Source: Setoptus koraiensis
Taxonomy: Eukaryota; Animalia; Arthropoda
Direction of reading: 5' to 3'
Assembly (NCBI GenBank): GCA_048013815.1
Contig: CM106585.1
Location: 3,720,001-3,784,000, forward strand
Length of the DNA stretch: 64,000 nt
How positions within the stretch are numbered: the first letter of the stretch is position 1; each line of letters starts with the position of its first letter. The position numbers and the translations under genes are program-made. Below, one piece after another: positions 24,201 through 36,200 of this stretch. The notes below the pieces were generated by a model that did no database searches, had not been told where the DNA came from, and saw only the letters and a list, made by a program, of their open reading frames with translations.

Positions 24201-27200
24201 CTTGGCCCGTTGGACGGCGAGTCTCGCCGAATGCAAGACTCGAGACGCTGCCAGTCGGCTCGGGTGCCCCCCGATTTCGTATTCTCATATTCTCGTATTC
24301 TCGCCGTCTAACATTCTCATATTCGTGTGTACGATTCGTGTAAATATATGATTCTTGCGTGAATCGTGTGTGATTCGCGCCCCATTTCTAAATAAAGCGT
24401 ATACATACAGTAGTCGACTAGCTCACTTTGTGGCTGTGGCTCCGGTGGCTCCAGTGGGGCGGCCCGGCGGCGGCGGCGCGAGGTCCGCTCGGGCCACGTC
24501 GGGCCACATCGAGCCACCACGCCAAACCGGGCCACATCGGGCCGCGTCGGGCCGCGTCGAGGGCAGGCCGTCGCATGAGCATCGCGCACGGTGCCGGTGA
24601 ATTGAAGCGTGAAATCATCGTCATCGCACGGCGCAGATAATGATTTGTATTTTTCTCTCGCTCACATGCCAGTTTATGCCAAATTGATTCTTGTTGCTGG
24701 TATCAAATGTATAAATTACATAAATTTGCCAACAAACAAACTAACTGCGCAACGACGACGAGCAGCAAATTCTCACACACAAACACACTCGATTGACTTG
24801 CTCGCATTGTGCGATATGAGTTTGCAACATCAACAGCAACGGCAACATCATCAACAACAACAGCAGCAGCAACAACAACAACAACGACACCAACAACAAA
24901 CAACCGTCGAGACCATCGGACGCTAGATGGCGAGTTGCGATAGCGGCCCCATTGGCGCCGGCAGCGCGTTTGTTTAACGCACTCGCCAGACAAATCACGG
25001 CGCTGGTCTCAATGGGTCTGTCCAGTGGGCGCGCTAGGTGCCGCTTGCCGATGCCCAGATAAGCATCGACAAGCGGCTATTGCAACCTGGCCCCAGTGCC
25101 AACGTTTATCTGTTGCTGCTGCAGCGACTGTTGGCCGCCGACAATTTCGGCAACAAATAACTCGACCGCCAGCGCCATTCAGTCATCATTACTTATCAGG
25201 CGCTTATCTGACGGCAATCACTTGCTGTGGGCCGCTGACAGGGCACAACAATAAATTTTAAATTGAAATCACTGCCGGCCCGAAAAAACGCGGCCCCAAA
25301 ACGGCTGGCCGCGGCCCGTTTGTTGGCCGGATACTTTTGTGTTGCGGCCCGTTATTTATATATAAAAAATAAATATGTATCATAGAGTGCGCTGGTGTGA
25401 TTGCGAGCGGCCCCATTGTGACTATTGTCGGCGCTATCTGTTAACTGTATAGTGTCTGTTAGCATCGGGCGCCCGATTGCAATCGCACGACGATTCGCAA
25501 TGGGGAGTGGCTAATCGCGGGCCCCATCAACGGCGCCATATCATTGCGCGGCAGCACAGCGATGCGCGCGCGTTGGGGCGCCTTCGAGATGGCGCTGCTC
25601 GCATGCAGATAGGCATCTGATGGAATGCGCGCCGGCAAATGAGCGCGCACAGCGCCGGATAATTTATCTGCCGCAAGCGGATAAATTGGCATTTGGGCCG
25701 CCCGTCACTGGATGAATTGGCATTTGGGCTGGCCGCTGGTGGCCAGAAATAAACGCACACAAAGCACCAGTTACAGCTAGAGTTGGCCGCGTGTTGGCCG
25801 CGTGTTGGCGGAAACGGCGGCCCGAAGGGCGGCCATTTTCACGCTATATACGTATAGCTAGCTTGCCAAGCGGCGGCCGTTGGCTCTCAGTGGCGTGCGC
25901 TCCATGCAGCGACTGCAACATGATGCAACCACTGACATGACGATGCAACCACTGACACGACGATGCAACCACTGACACGACGATGCAACCACTACTGACA
26001 TGACAGCGGTGCGCACGACAGGTGAGCGTCAGCTCGTATCTAACAGGTGAGCTATAACAGTTTGGTGCGACAGATAGACGGTTGCGTAAGTATCGAGCTC
26101 ACAATTGTGTGATAATGGCGCGCATAGTGCGCGTTATGTAGCGCTCATATGCAACGGCGGCCCTATAAAAGTGGCGGCCGTAATTTGCATAATGACCAGA
26201 CATAAATTTGACATTGCATATTGCGCGCTAACATAAGTCATCATGATTGTTGCATCATTTAATTGCATCATCATAGTCGTCGTCGTCTCATGATGGCTGC
26301 CAGTGTTTATCGTCTGTTGATGGTGCTCGCTGCACGCTGCACCGTGCCTAGAGAGTCTCTAGTCACTAGAGTCTAGTGGAGACTGGCTGCCTCAGTCAGG
26401 ACGCCTCAGTCAGTCTCTAGGTCGCCTGACAGCGCACAATGATTTGCATAATGATCATGACGATAATATAGAAAATTGGCTTGCTCGGCTCGACTCCGGC
26501 GACTCGCCGGCGGGCCAACGATGTCGCCGGCTAATAGACTGGCAATTTGGCTGTCACACTCAGCCGATATTTGCGCAATTTTCGCCCTATTACGCGTCTA
26601 GTCACAGTTCGCGTTCCAGTGCCGGCCACTGGATGCTGGTGGCAGCCAGCGGCAGCCAGTGGCAGCCAGTAGAGACACCAGTTGACCAGTTTTGATTTGT
26701 GTCACTTCCTGTCGGCCGATGCGACACTGTCAAGTGTTTCAAGTGGCCTATAAACGGCGCAGCAAGACGATTGAAACGCAACCACGACAACCGCAGCTCT
26801 GCTCTATTTGTATCTATATCCGTGAATATGCACACTGTGCACACAGCATGCACAATGTCCGCATCCACCACGCAATATTTGCAGTGCTGTTGTGTGCACT
26901 GTGCACAGTGCACAACAGCCACTGAACAGCACGAGCACTGCACCACTGACGCAACATGCCTGTAATGATGCAGCGATGCAGCGATGCGGCGGTGCAGCGA
27001 TGCAACGATGCAATGATGTAATGATGTAATATATGTTACATTTGTTTGTGTTGCGCTGGTGGCACAAACATGAAATCATAATCACTGTCAATGGACGCAA
27101 CAGCGGCAATAGACGACGAAATAGATGCAAGCGAGCGGGCAGCAAATAGTGAGCAAGCGGAAAATGGTGAGCCAAGATACGCTCGCTGGAGTCAATCAAA

Positions 27201-30200
27201 TTGGCTGCAATTGGGCCACCGTTGACTCAACGGCGTTGAGCCCGAGTTTGCACTTGTTCCCGCGCTGCCGGCCGGCTGGCCGGCCGCTCCGGCTTGAGCG
27301 GCCGGCAACTCGGCGGCGACTGGCCGCGACCGGAGCGCCACAACAGAATCATCATTACGTAAGTAGCGCCACCGTCTAATGGTCATCTATTACCTGGCAG
27401 CGGCGCGCGCACACGCTGAACTAAATGTAAAAATGTGTGCAGCAGAGTGCGGCACAGCAGCCAGCAAGCCTCAATCTATCTTTCTCGGTCACGCTCTGCG
27501 AGCACGTGCTGCCGCCGCCGCCGACATTATTATGTAACTAGCAGTTGGCCATCGTTATTATGTAACACACTGATGCCAACGGGCGACCGGTGATCTGGTC
27601 AGTATGAATTAGGTGGCGCTGGCCGTAGATCATCTGCAGTGGACTGCAAGTTGGCCGACTGGCGGCCACTCGGCCGCCAGTGACAGTTGCTGGCACCGGC
27701 GATCGGCCGCTCAGTCGCCCAGTCGCTCAGTCGGTTGCCCGGACAGTCGCTCAGTCAGTTGCCCCGACAGTGGCTCGGGCGGCCGCTTGGTCAGTTGCCC
27801 GGGCGGCCGCTCACTTGGTGGCTCAGAGTGCGGGCTCAGAGTGGCTCGGGCAGCGCCAGTGGCGAGTTCATTCACAAGTAATGATGATTGTGTGCACTTG
27901 CACTTTGATTATCTTGTTCCGTTGTCGCGCAGTTGCGCCGATTGGCCGCCGTGCGCAACTTTGTTTGTCGGCTGATTATGCTGGCGCGTTTGTGTGTGTT
28001 TATACGTGAGCAACAAACGACGCAACAACTCACCGGCGCATTCGCAGTTTCCGTCGTCGGGCTCGCAACGCGTTGCGTCATACTGCATACGCATATATAC
28101 TGCTGCTGTAGTATGTATTTTGTGTGTGTACTATGTAGTGTGCAGTGGACAGTGTGCGCCGAAACGCAAAGCAGCGACAGGCAGCGACAAGCAGCGGTCA
28201 TTATTGTAAATTATTATATACAAGCAACAAAAAACAGCATTATCATTATTATTACTACTATTTCGCGTATTGTGACAGCGGTTATTAGTCACCTGAGACG
28301 ACCATTCACAAATGCGGCGCTGTCAGTTGCAAATTGCACATTGCGCCGCACTGCAACTGCGTCCGCTGGCCGCCACCTGTCATTCGGCGGCGCCGCCGCC
28401 GCCGCTTCGTCCGTCGGGCTGTCCGGTGCGGTCCGGTCAGGTTGTGCCAATGACAGTGAAACAAACGGTCACCTTGCGACGCGACACCGATACTGTGATG
28501 CTGATATTTGCGCCGCTGTCGTGACTGTCACCATGCCCGGCGTCTTGTCACTGCCCGCAAACACCGACACTGCGCGCATTGGGCACACACCCCAGCTGGG
28601 CGTGACCCGTCGTGTCTCGCAGGTCGGGCCGCCCGAGCGGTCCCCGAACAGTCCGTGAACAGTGCCCGAACAGTCCGCGAACAGTCCGCGAACAGTCCGT
28701 GAACAGACGCACCGGAAGTCGCCAGCGCGACTGCCGGTCTGCACGGCGCGCCATTCAGCTGGCTTCTGCGGGCACCCGAGGAGGGCATTCTCTGGGTATG
28801 TGACTCACATAATGCGAGGGTCGAAAATGTGCAACATCCAAAATCAAAAAGTCGCATAATTATGCTCCACTGGTCGGCAGCCGATGATACAATATTTCGG
28901 CCAAGTTCCACTGCCGGTTCAACTCACGGAGCCAGCCTTTTGCTGCTGACAGAGAATCGCTACAATGTTAAATTCAAAATTAGGAAATTGCATAAATCGC
29001 GTAAATCGCACAGGGGAGACAGGTGAGCAAAGTCAAATAAAGCAAAAGTGAGTTGATTTTGTTTCGGCGATTGTCGCTTGTCGTCGCACTGGCATAACGC
29101 CCAATGTTGCACTTGTTGATCGGCGCCAAATAACTGGCACGACGACAAAAGCAATCACATTCAATTGTCATTGGCTACTCGAACTCGTCTTGACTCGACT
29201 CGCCAGCAGCAGCGTGCTTGTCCACGGCACGGCTTGCAGCGAGATGACAGCGAGATCGTAGCGAGATCGCAGCGAGATGGCGACGAGATGGCAACGAGAT
29301 GGCGCAAGTGTCCGTTTAGGCCATCGAGCCAGCCAACAACACAATAAATGTGATATAAAACTTTCTCGTGTGCTCTTTGTTGGGCCTTTCTACGCGCACC
29401 GACACAATGTTTTCATGCCAGCAAATCACGCTGACTACCTGTTGAAAACAGTGTTACTTGTTGTGTTACCTGAGCTGGCTCGTTTGCCTCAAGCCACTTC
29501 AGGCAGCAATCTCATGTGTGTTGCGCAACACAATTGTGTGCTCAATTGTGTGCGATTACTGTCAGTCAGTGTCTGCCAAGTGTCGTCTTGTCCGGCCACA
29601 AGACACTCGAGCGACTCACAACTTGTGAGTCACAAGTCCCAGCAGAAGAAAGGAGAAAAAGAAGAAAAAGAAGCCACTCGTTCGTGCCGGCCAACACCCG
29701 CGACACGTCGCGTTGCCAACACGACGCCCTCTGGCCACTGGCCGGGCCACTGGGGCCAGTTGTTAGATTGTGTGATATATTTCTGTATAACAAGGAGACT
29801 TGCTGGTTGTTTGTGCGAGCCAACGAGGCGCGATCCGCTCTTGTTGTCGTTGCCGACTCGGCGGCCCCTGCTTGGCGACTCCGGCCCGCGACTTATTAGA
29901 ACTTGATAGAACTCACGAATCTGCAGTCGTTATTAATTAGAATTAACAATGCCGATATTGCTTTTTGCGACAACACAGTCAGGCGACACAGCGCTGCCAA
30001 CAGACCTGCTCCGTTCAACAGAGACAGAGACAAAGATAAAATTTATTTATATATTTATTCGTAGTGTTTGTTTGTCTTGGTCTTCTTTGGCTCTCACAAG
30101 AGCTGGCTGCGCTGGCTGTGGTGACAATAACAATATTTCCAATAATAAATACTGATAATAATAGTAATAATAACAGGCAAGCAGGCAACTAGCAATAATA

Positions 30201-33200
30201 GGCAAGGGACAATTGTTGTTAGTTGTTGTTGTTGTTGTCGTTGCAGTGTGTGTGCAGCAATTAGAGCCGAGCAACTCTTTCTCCATGAGTCATGATACAT
30301 ATCCCACTGTCGATCGATTCAAATCAATCTCAGCTAAGATCAGCGATTGTCGCACAATAGACGAGACTTGTCGTCTGAGGCCAAACAACTATCGCCTTAC
30401 CTGGGCCAACTGCCAACTGCCAGCCGTAAGTGAGCGCTCACCTGAGTTACACTATTTATACTTGCTACTGGCGGCTTGTGTGTACGTAAAATATACTTAG
30501 AGTCACGGGCAAGGCCACAACGCACAGTCGGTCACATACTATACACATATTATACAGATTACAGGTAATGCAGGCTGTTGTCAATTGTCTGGTTACATTG
30601 TTGAGCCACTGCAAACAATGTGTTTGTTTATAATAATGCGCACAAACAAACGCTTAATTGATTTGCACTCTGTCTCTGTTGTTGTCGTTGTTGGCGCTGT
30701 CGTTGTCGCTGCTGTCGAAGGTTGTCTCAGAAAATATCAGCCAATATCAGTTGCAAGACACTGCAAATATTAGCAGAGCGAGCCCGCAAACAACCAACAC
30801 GGGAAATGGACTTGACATTGACTGATACAGATGCAAAGGAAAGCGGAAGTGGCTCTAATCACAGGTAAACTCTCGCTGTCGCTCTGGCTGTTGCTGGCTT
30901 TTTGCTGCTGCTGCTTAGTGAGTTGCTATTTCTGCTCTCAAATTGATCAAAACGATCAATTTGAGACCAGAAATAGCGACCAGAAATTGTTGTGCTGCTG
31001 CCAACACAATAGCCAGCCAACAACTAATTGCTACTGCTTGCTGATTGTATATATTGCTGTATCGATTCGCGCACGAGCCAATCAGCTAACTAGATCAAGA
31101 TCAAGATCAGCCAGCGCTCAATTGGCAGCGACAGTGGCGCCCATTTTCTAGGTTGAGGTCGCGCTGGCGTCTTCTCGCCTTCCGATTCGGCGCTCACGTG
31201 GTTCGCTGTGCCACAATTGTGTGCCCACTTCCGACTCGCCGAACTCTGTCCAACAAGTTGTAAGTCACCAAATGTTTGAGTTGTGTCAGTTGCGAGTCGA
31301 AGCCACCACAACAGGCCAGATAAACAACAGGTAAACAAGCGACAAACAAGGAACGCGATCAGCTGAGAGAGCAAATTATCGGATGGGCGTGCGTGACAAT
31401 TGAAGCATACACAACTTTCTCTGTGTCGTGGACGGTGCGCTTCGCAACGTGGGCCACGACGCAGCAGCGTCGAAACGCTCAAGTCGCAACGTGTGTCGCG
31501 AATCGCGAGTCAATTCGAACTTTGAATTTTGCTTCTCGAACTTCGAATTTCGCTCCTCGAACCTCGAGTTTAGAATCTCGAATTTGGCACTTCGAACGCG
31601 CAATTTCGATTTTCGGAGCGAGCTCACCTGTCGCTCAAGGCTGGCGCGATCGACAGCGATCGACGATTAATTGTGACAGCGGCGACGCTGCAGCAACGAT
31701 GCTTTACATGATCCATTGGCGCCAATTGCCGATCTTTTCCGCGTTTCGAAATATCTAGAGTGCCGCTGCGCGTCGTTGCGAACAATTTCTCTCAATGACA
31801 TTCCGTCGGAATATTTGCGAAACTGGAGCATCGCAACTGTTTGCAGTGTGCAGTTTTCAGCTTGCTGTTCGCCGGTTGGTGTTCGCTGTTCGCCGGTCGC
31901 CGTTCGCGACAATCGCAATGCAACCGGCGGCCCAAACAACAATGCCACGATGACCACCATTATGCGGCGCATTATGTCACATAATACACAAATGGCTAAT
32001 GATGCTTGGCACACACACACACACACACACCGCGGTATAGCAAATAATGATGCGACAATGACAACATTCACACGATCATCATGATGACTTGTCACTTGTG
32101 TGTTGCAATGCACCTGATGCGGCCACTTGCGAGACAGGCGCGACTCGCAGCGACAGCAGCGGCCAGGTAATTAAGTTAGTTGCGGCCACAATATCAACAG
32201 GTCGCTCGCTAATGGGCTGCCTGTGTATCGCTGAGTGTTGCGCAATACTCAGCTGATTGTTGGCTGGTTGTTGATATATTGCTGTGATATGTCGCAGTCG
32301 GATGTGTGTTTGGTATGCGACCACCGATTGGATATTGGCCGCTTTGTTTGTTTGTTTGTTTGGCTTGCCAAGTGGGAGCTGAGCTGGCCAAGTCGAGAGT
32401 TAATGATCTCTCTCATGATGCTGCTGTCAGCATTCAAGTTCAACTCGAACAACATCATCTACTTGCGTCATCACTTGCAGCTTATATCTTGTAGCTTATA
32501 GCTTATAGGTAGCTAGGCAGTGCTTCACATTGTCACATATCTGTCAGTGCTGCCTCACCTGAGCTCGGCCCACACTCTAGACTCTAGAGTCTAGACTCTA
32601 GAGTCTAGAGCAGTCCACGGAACAGCCGACACAACAGTGTCGGCAATGTTGACAGTTTGCAGCATGTAGCAACAGTTGTGTGTGTGACGCAACGCAACAT
32701 GCACAGGTAACAAACTTATAGGACAGGTGAACAGCACATGAACAGGTGAATACATGAACAGGTGAGCCGGGTGGCAAAGGGGAAAAACAAACAGTGACTG
32801 CTGCAGCTCGCCGCATTGACGAGTATTGAAGATGATGATCAATGCGTCTATTTCTTACTGCGTCTTTCCATTTATTCCAGCCAGCAATGAGTGTGTGTGT
32901 GTGTGTGACCTATGATGATAATGACTTTTTGCAAGCAACAACGACAACAACAACGACAAGTCAAGGTATCGCTGCATCGTCATGATAATCACTGGCACTG
33001 GCAGCATCGTTTGTATATATTGTGTATTATGCCATTGGCACCGGTTGCGCGGCCGGCCAGCGCTGTCCAGGATGTCTTGTCCGGCGACAAGACGAGCCAT
33101 CAAAATTGAGGCACACCAACGTCACAACAATGTTGCATTGGCCACTAGTGACTTTGCTGGCCGGAGCACACTGGCCACTAGCGAACGCTGGCCACACTGC

Positions 33201-36200
33201 CGGCCAACACGGCCGACGAACGCGGCCAGCGAACAGCGAACACTGCCAGCGAACGGCGGACACTGTCAGCGAACAGCGAACACTGCCGGCGAACAGCGAA
33301 CACTGTCAGCGAACGCGGCCAGCGGCCAGCGAACAGCGAATAGTGCCAGAATGACAGAGAATAGGCAGCAAAGACGCCGGACAAGATGCGAGCGAGATGC
33401 TGCTGTTGGCGCGGTTGTTGCTGGCGTTGTCGCCGGCAGAGTGAGAGCAAAAAAGAGGAGCCACTTGTCGGCGCTGGCATGGCAACGACAAGAGCAAATA
33501 TAGAAGCAACAACGTGAACAAATCATTGCCATTCAACTACTTACGCGCTCACTGCAAGCACCAGCAGCAGCAACAACAACGACGACGACAACAACAACGA
33601 CAGCGCCAATCGCTGCCCATTCAGCATCGGATCGGCCCAGCGTCCAAAGCCGGCGGCGATGACGCAACTTGAATTAGCTTTACCTGGTGGTGCAATAACA
33701 AACGATTGTTGCTGTTGTTGCTGTTGTCGTATATTCATCATGTTGCTTGTTGTGACTTATTTGAATGAGTGCGTGCTTGTGTCTTGTCGCTGCCAGTGGC
33801 CGCTGTTATGTAACTAGCCAACAATAAGAGTGAGTTCTTTTGGTCGGCCAGCGTTCGCGTTGGCCAGGCGTCGGCTCACTGACACAAGTCGCCGAGAGAG
33901 AAGCCGCCGAAAGGAACGTTCGCGGCTCACGTTCGCTTTAAATAGAACATTTTGTTGTTCTCTCGTCTCTCGTCGACAGCAGCAACAACAGCGCAACAAC
34001 GGCAACAGCGCCAAGAAAGGAAGCTTCTTTCGGCCGTCTCTGGCCAGAAGTGTGTGTGCGTTACAAGTGCAATTCGAACTCGAGGCCAACAACAGCAGCA
34101 ACATCAACAACAATGTTCCGACGTGTTCGGCGTGCCCAAGACAGGCGCCAAATGGCACATTCGAGAGAACAGAAAGTAGCCAATGACAACAACAACAACA
34201 ACAACAACAGCAACAGCAGCGCCAACTTGGTCGCTACCGGACAATGGCGACCAGTAGTGGTCACACCTATTGTTGCGTCGTTAGTGTTTCCTGCTGCTTG
34301 CTGTATATATTTTGTATCTATCTCTCGCGAAAGAATTGAAGAAGCGCTTTGTTGTTGCTGCTGTTGTTGTCGCTGTTGTTGCTGCTGTTGCTATTGCCGT
34401 TGCCGTTGTCAGTGGCTACTTTCTGTTCTCAATTGCAAAGGCATATTGTGCTTAAAATTGAACTGATAACTCACCAACTGACACTCACCCGGTCCAGTCC
34501 GGCCCGGCCCGGCCAGCTCCTCAGGTCACTCATCAGCTGACTGTTGTCATCATCAGCTGAGCGTTGTCATCATCAGCTGATTACCATCGGCCGATTATTG
34601 TGATTGTGAGTGTGGGCCGATTGTCAACTGGCCGCCGGTTGGTCAACTGCAAATAGAAAACGACGAAAAAGAAGAAAAACCCGACTGACCAAAGAATTGT
34701 GCAATTGTGCTATTATGCTATTATGCAATCTCTCTTTCAATCGCGAATCCTTTGCATGATGCTGCGCCCAGTGGCCAATGTCGTCGCTGCTAACGGAAGA
34801 GCTTCGTTGGTAGCAATTAGTAGCAAATGCAACGATTGGCCAGCAGCCCAATCAAGATCGCTCGTCGCTCAGAGATGAATACCGCACGTAAAAAATAACC
34901 ATATGACATAAAACGGATTCATGAATGAATCATTTGCGAGTCTGTCCGGCCCCACTGAGCCGCTGCGCCGCCCGCCTGGCACCGCATCCGGCGCCACATC
35001 CGCCCGGCCGCACGTACCCGAGGCGTAGCCGCCAGGTGGCAGGCGCGCAACAAGTGGCCGGCAGCGGTCGGTGTGCGCGTAGGCGCCTCTCACCTGCGCG
35101 CGCGTTCCATCTATCATAATTACGTCTGCTCGGTTGCTGGCGGTTGTTGGCGGTTGTTGGCGGTTGTTGGCGGTCGTTGGCGGTTGTTGGCGGTTGTTGG
35201 CGGTTGTTGGCGGTTGTGCGCTCGCGGCCGTCGTGTTGCCGCTGGAGTGCGCCGCCGGGACACAATTAGACCGGCGACGTCGCGAGCAGCAACAAGACAA
35301 TTTGTTGTCGTTTCGGCCCAAGTGGGCGCTGCGCAACGCGGCTGTTCTTTGTCGTTGTGTCGTCCGACGGTCAATCGATGAATGAATCAAGTGTTTGTGT
35401 GACAGCGAATGTGACACACCGCGAGGGCACTTTCTTCGCTGTTGGCAGCGCCGGCCAGAGACAATCGCCAGTGGTTCGGCCGCCGAATGGCCCAACAACA
35501 GCAGCAACAACAACGAAAACGGCAACAACAACGACAACAACGACAACGACAGGCGAGCAGCGACAGCCAGCCAGCGGCCGGTAACTGCAATGTTTAAATT
35601 TCGGCCTGTTGCTCGGCTTTTCAATTACCCGGGTGTGCGTTTGCGGCGCACCGAAGGCCGGCCGCCGACGACAGTGACATAATTGCACCTGATCGTTCTC
35701 AGAGGTCGCTCGCTCTGGCCGGCGACGGGCCGGCGATGCGGCCGCGTCTCCATCGGAGCTTCGCCGCTCGTCGGAGCTTCGCCGCTCGTCGGAGCTTCGC
35801 CGCTCGTCGGAGCTTCGCCGCTCGTCGGAGCTTCGCCGCTCGTCGGAGCTTCGCCGCGCAGTGAGCGAATTGCCGATCGAGCCAGTTGGCCAGTGGCGTT
35901 GCAAAACGAACGCGAACGGCGAACGTTCGAGCGGCGAACGTTCGAACCAGCCGAGCAGCGAACGTTCGAAGCGGCCGAGAATCGACGGCCACTGCCGATT
36001 GGTGCCTCTCGGCTGCGTCGGACTGCCGCGCCGCACCGACGACATGCGGCCGGCGCGGCCAGCGCGTCCGGCCGAGCGTCGGGCCGGGATGAGTCAGTTT
36101 AAACGGCTAATGGGAGCCGGCCAATGGAAAGTGAGCGGCGGCCGCATTGTTCGCTGCGGGCCGGGCGCCGGCGAACGAGCGACTCGCAGCGAACGTTGGC

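Noticed and set aside
35753-35857. Regular repeats as a CRISPR array (also 17291-17366, 23567-23663)
   Set aside because: Head-to-tail tandem units with no unique spacers, eukaryotic context, no cas genes.
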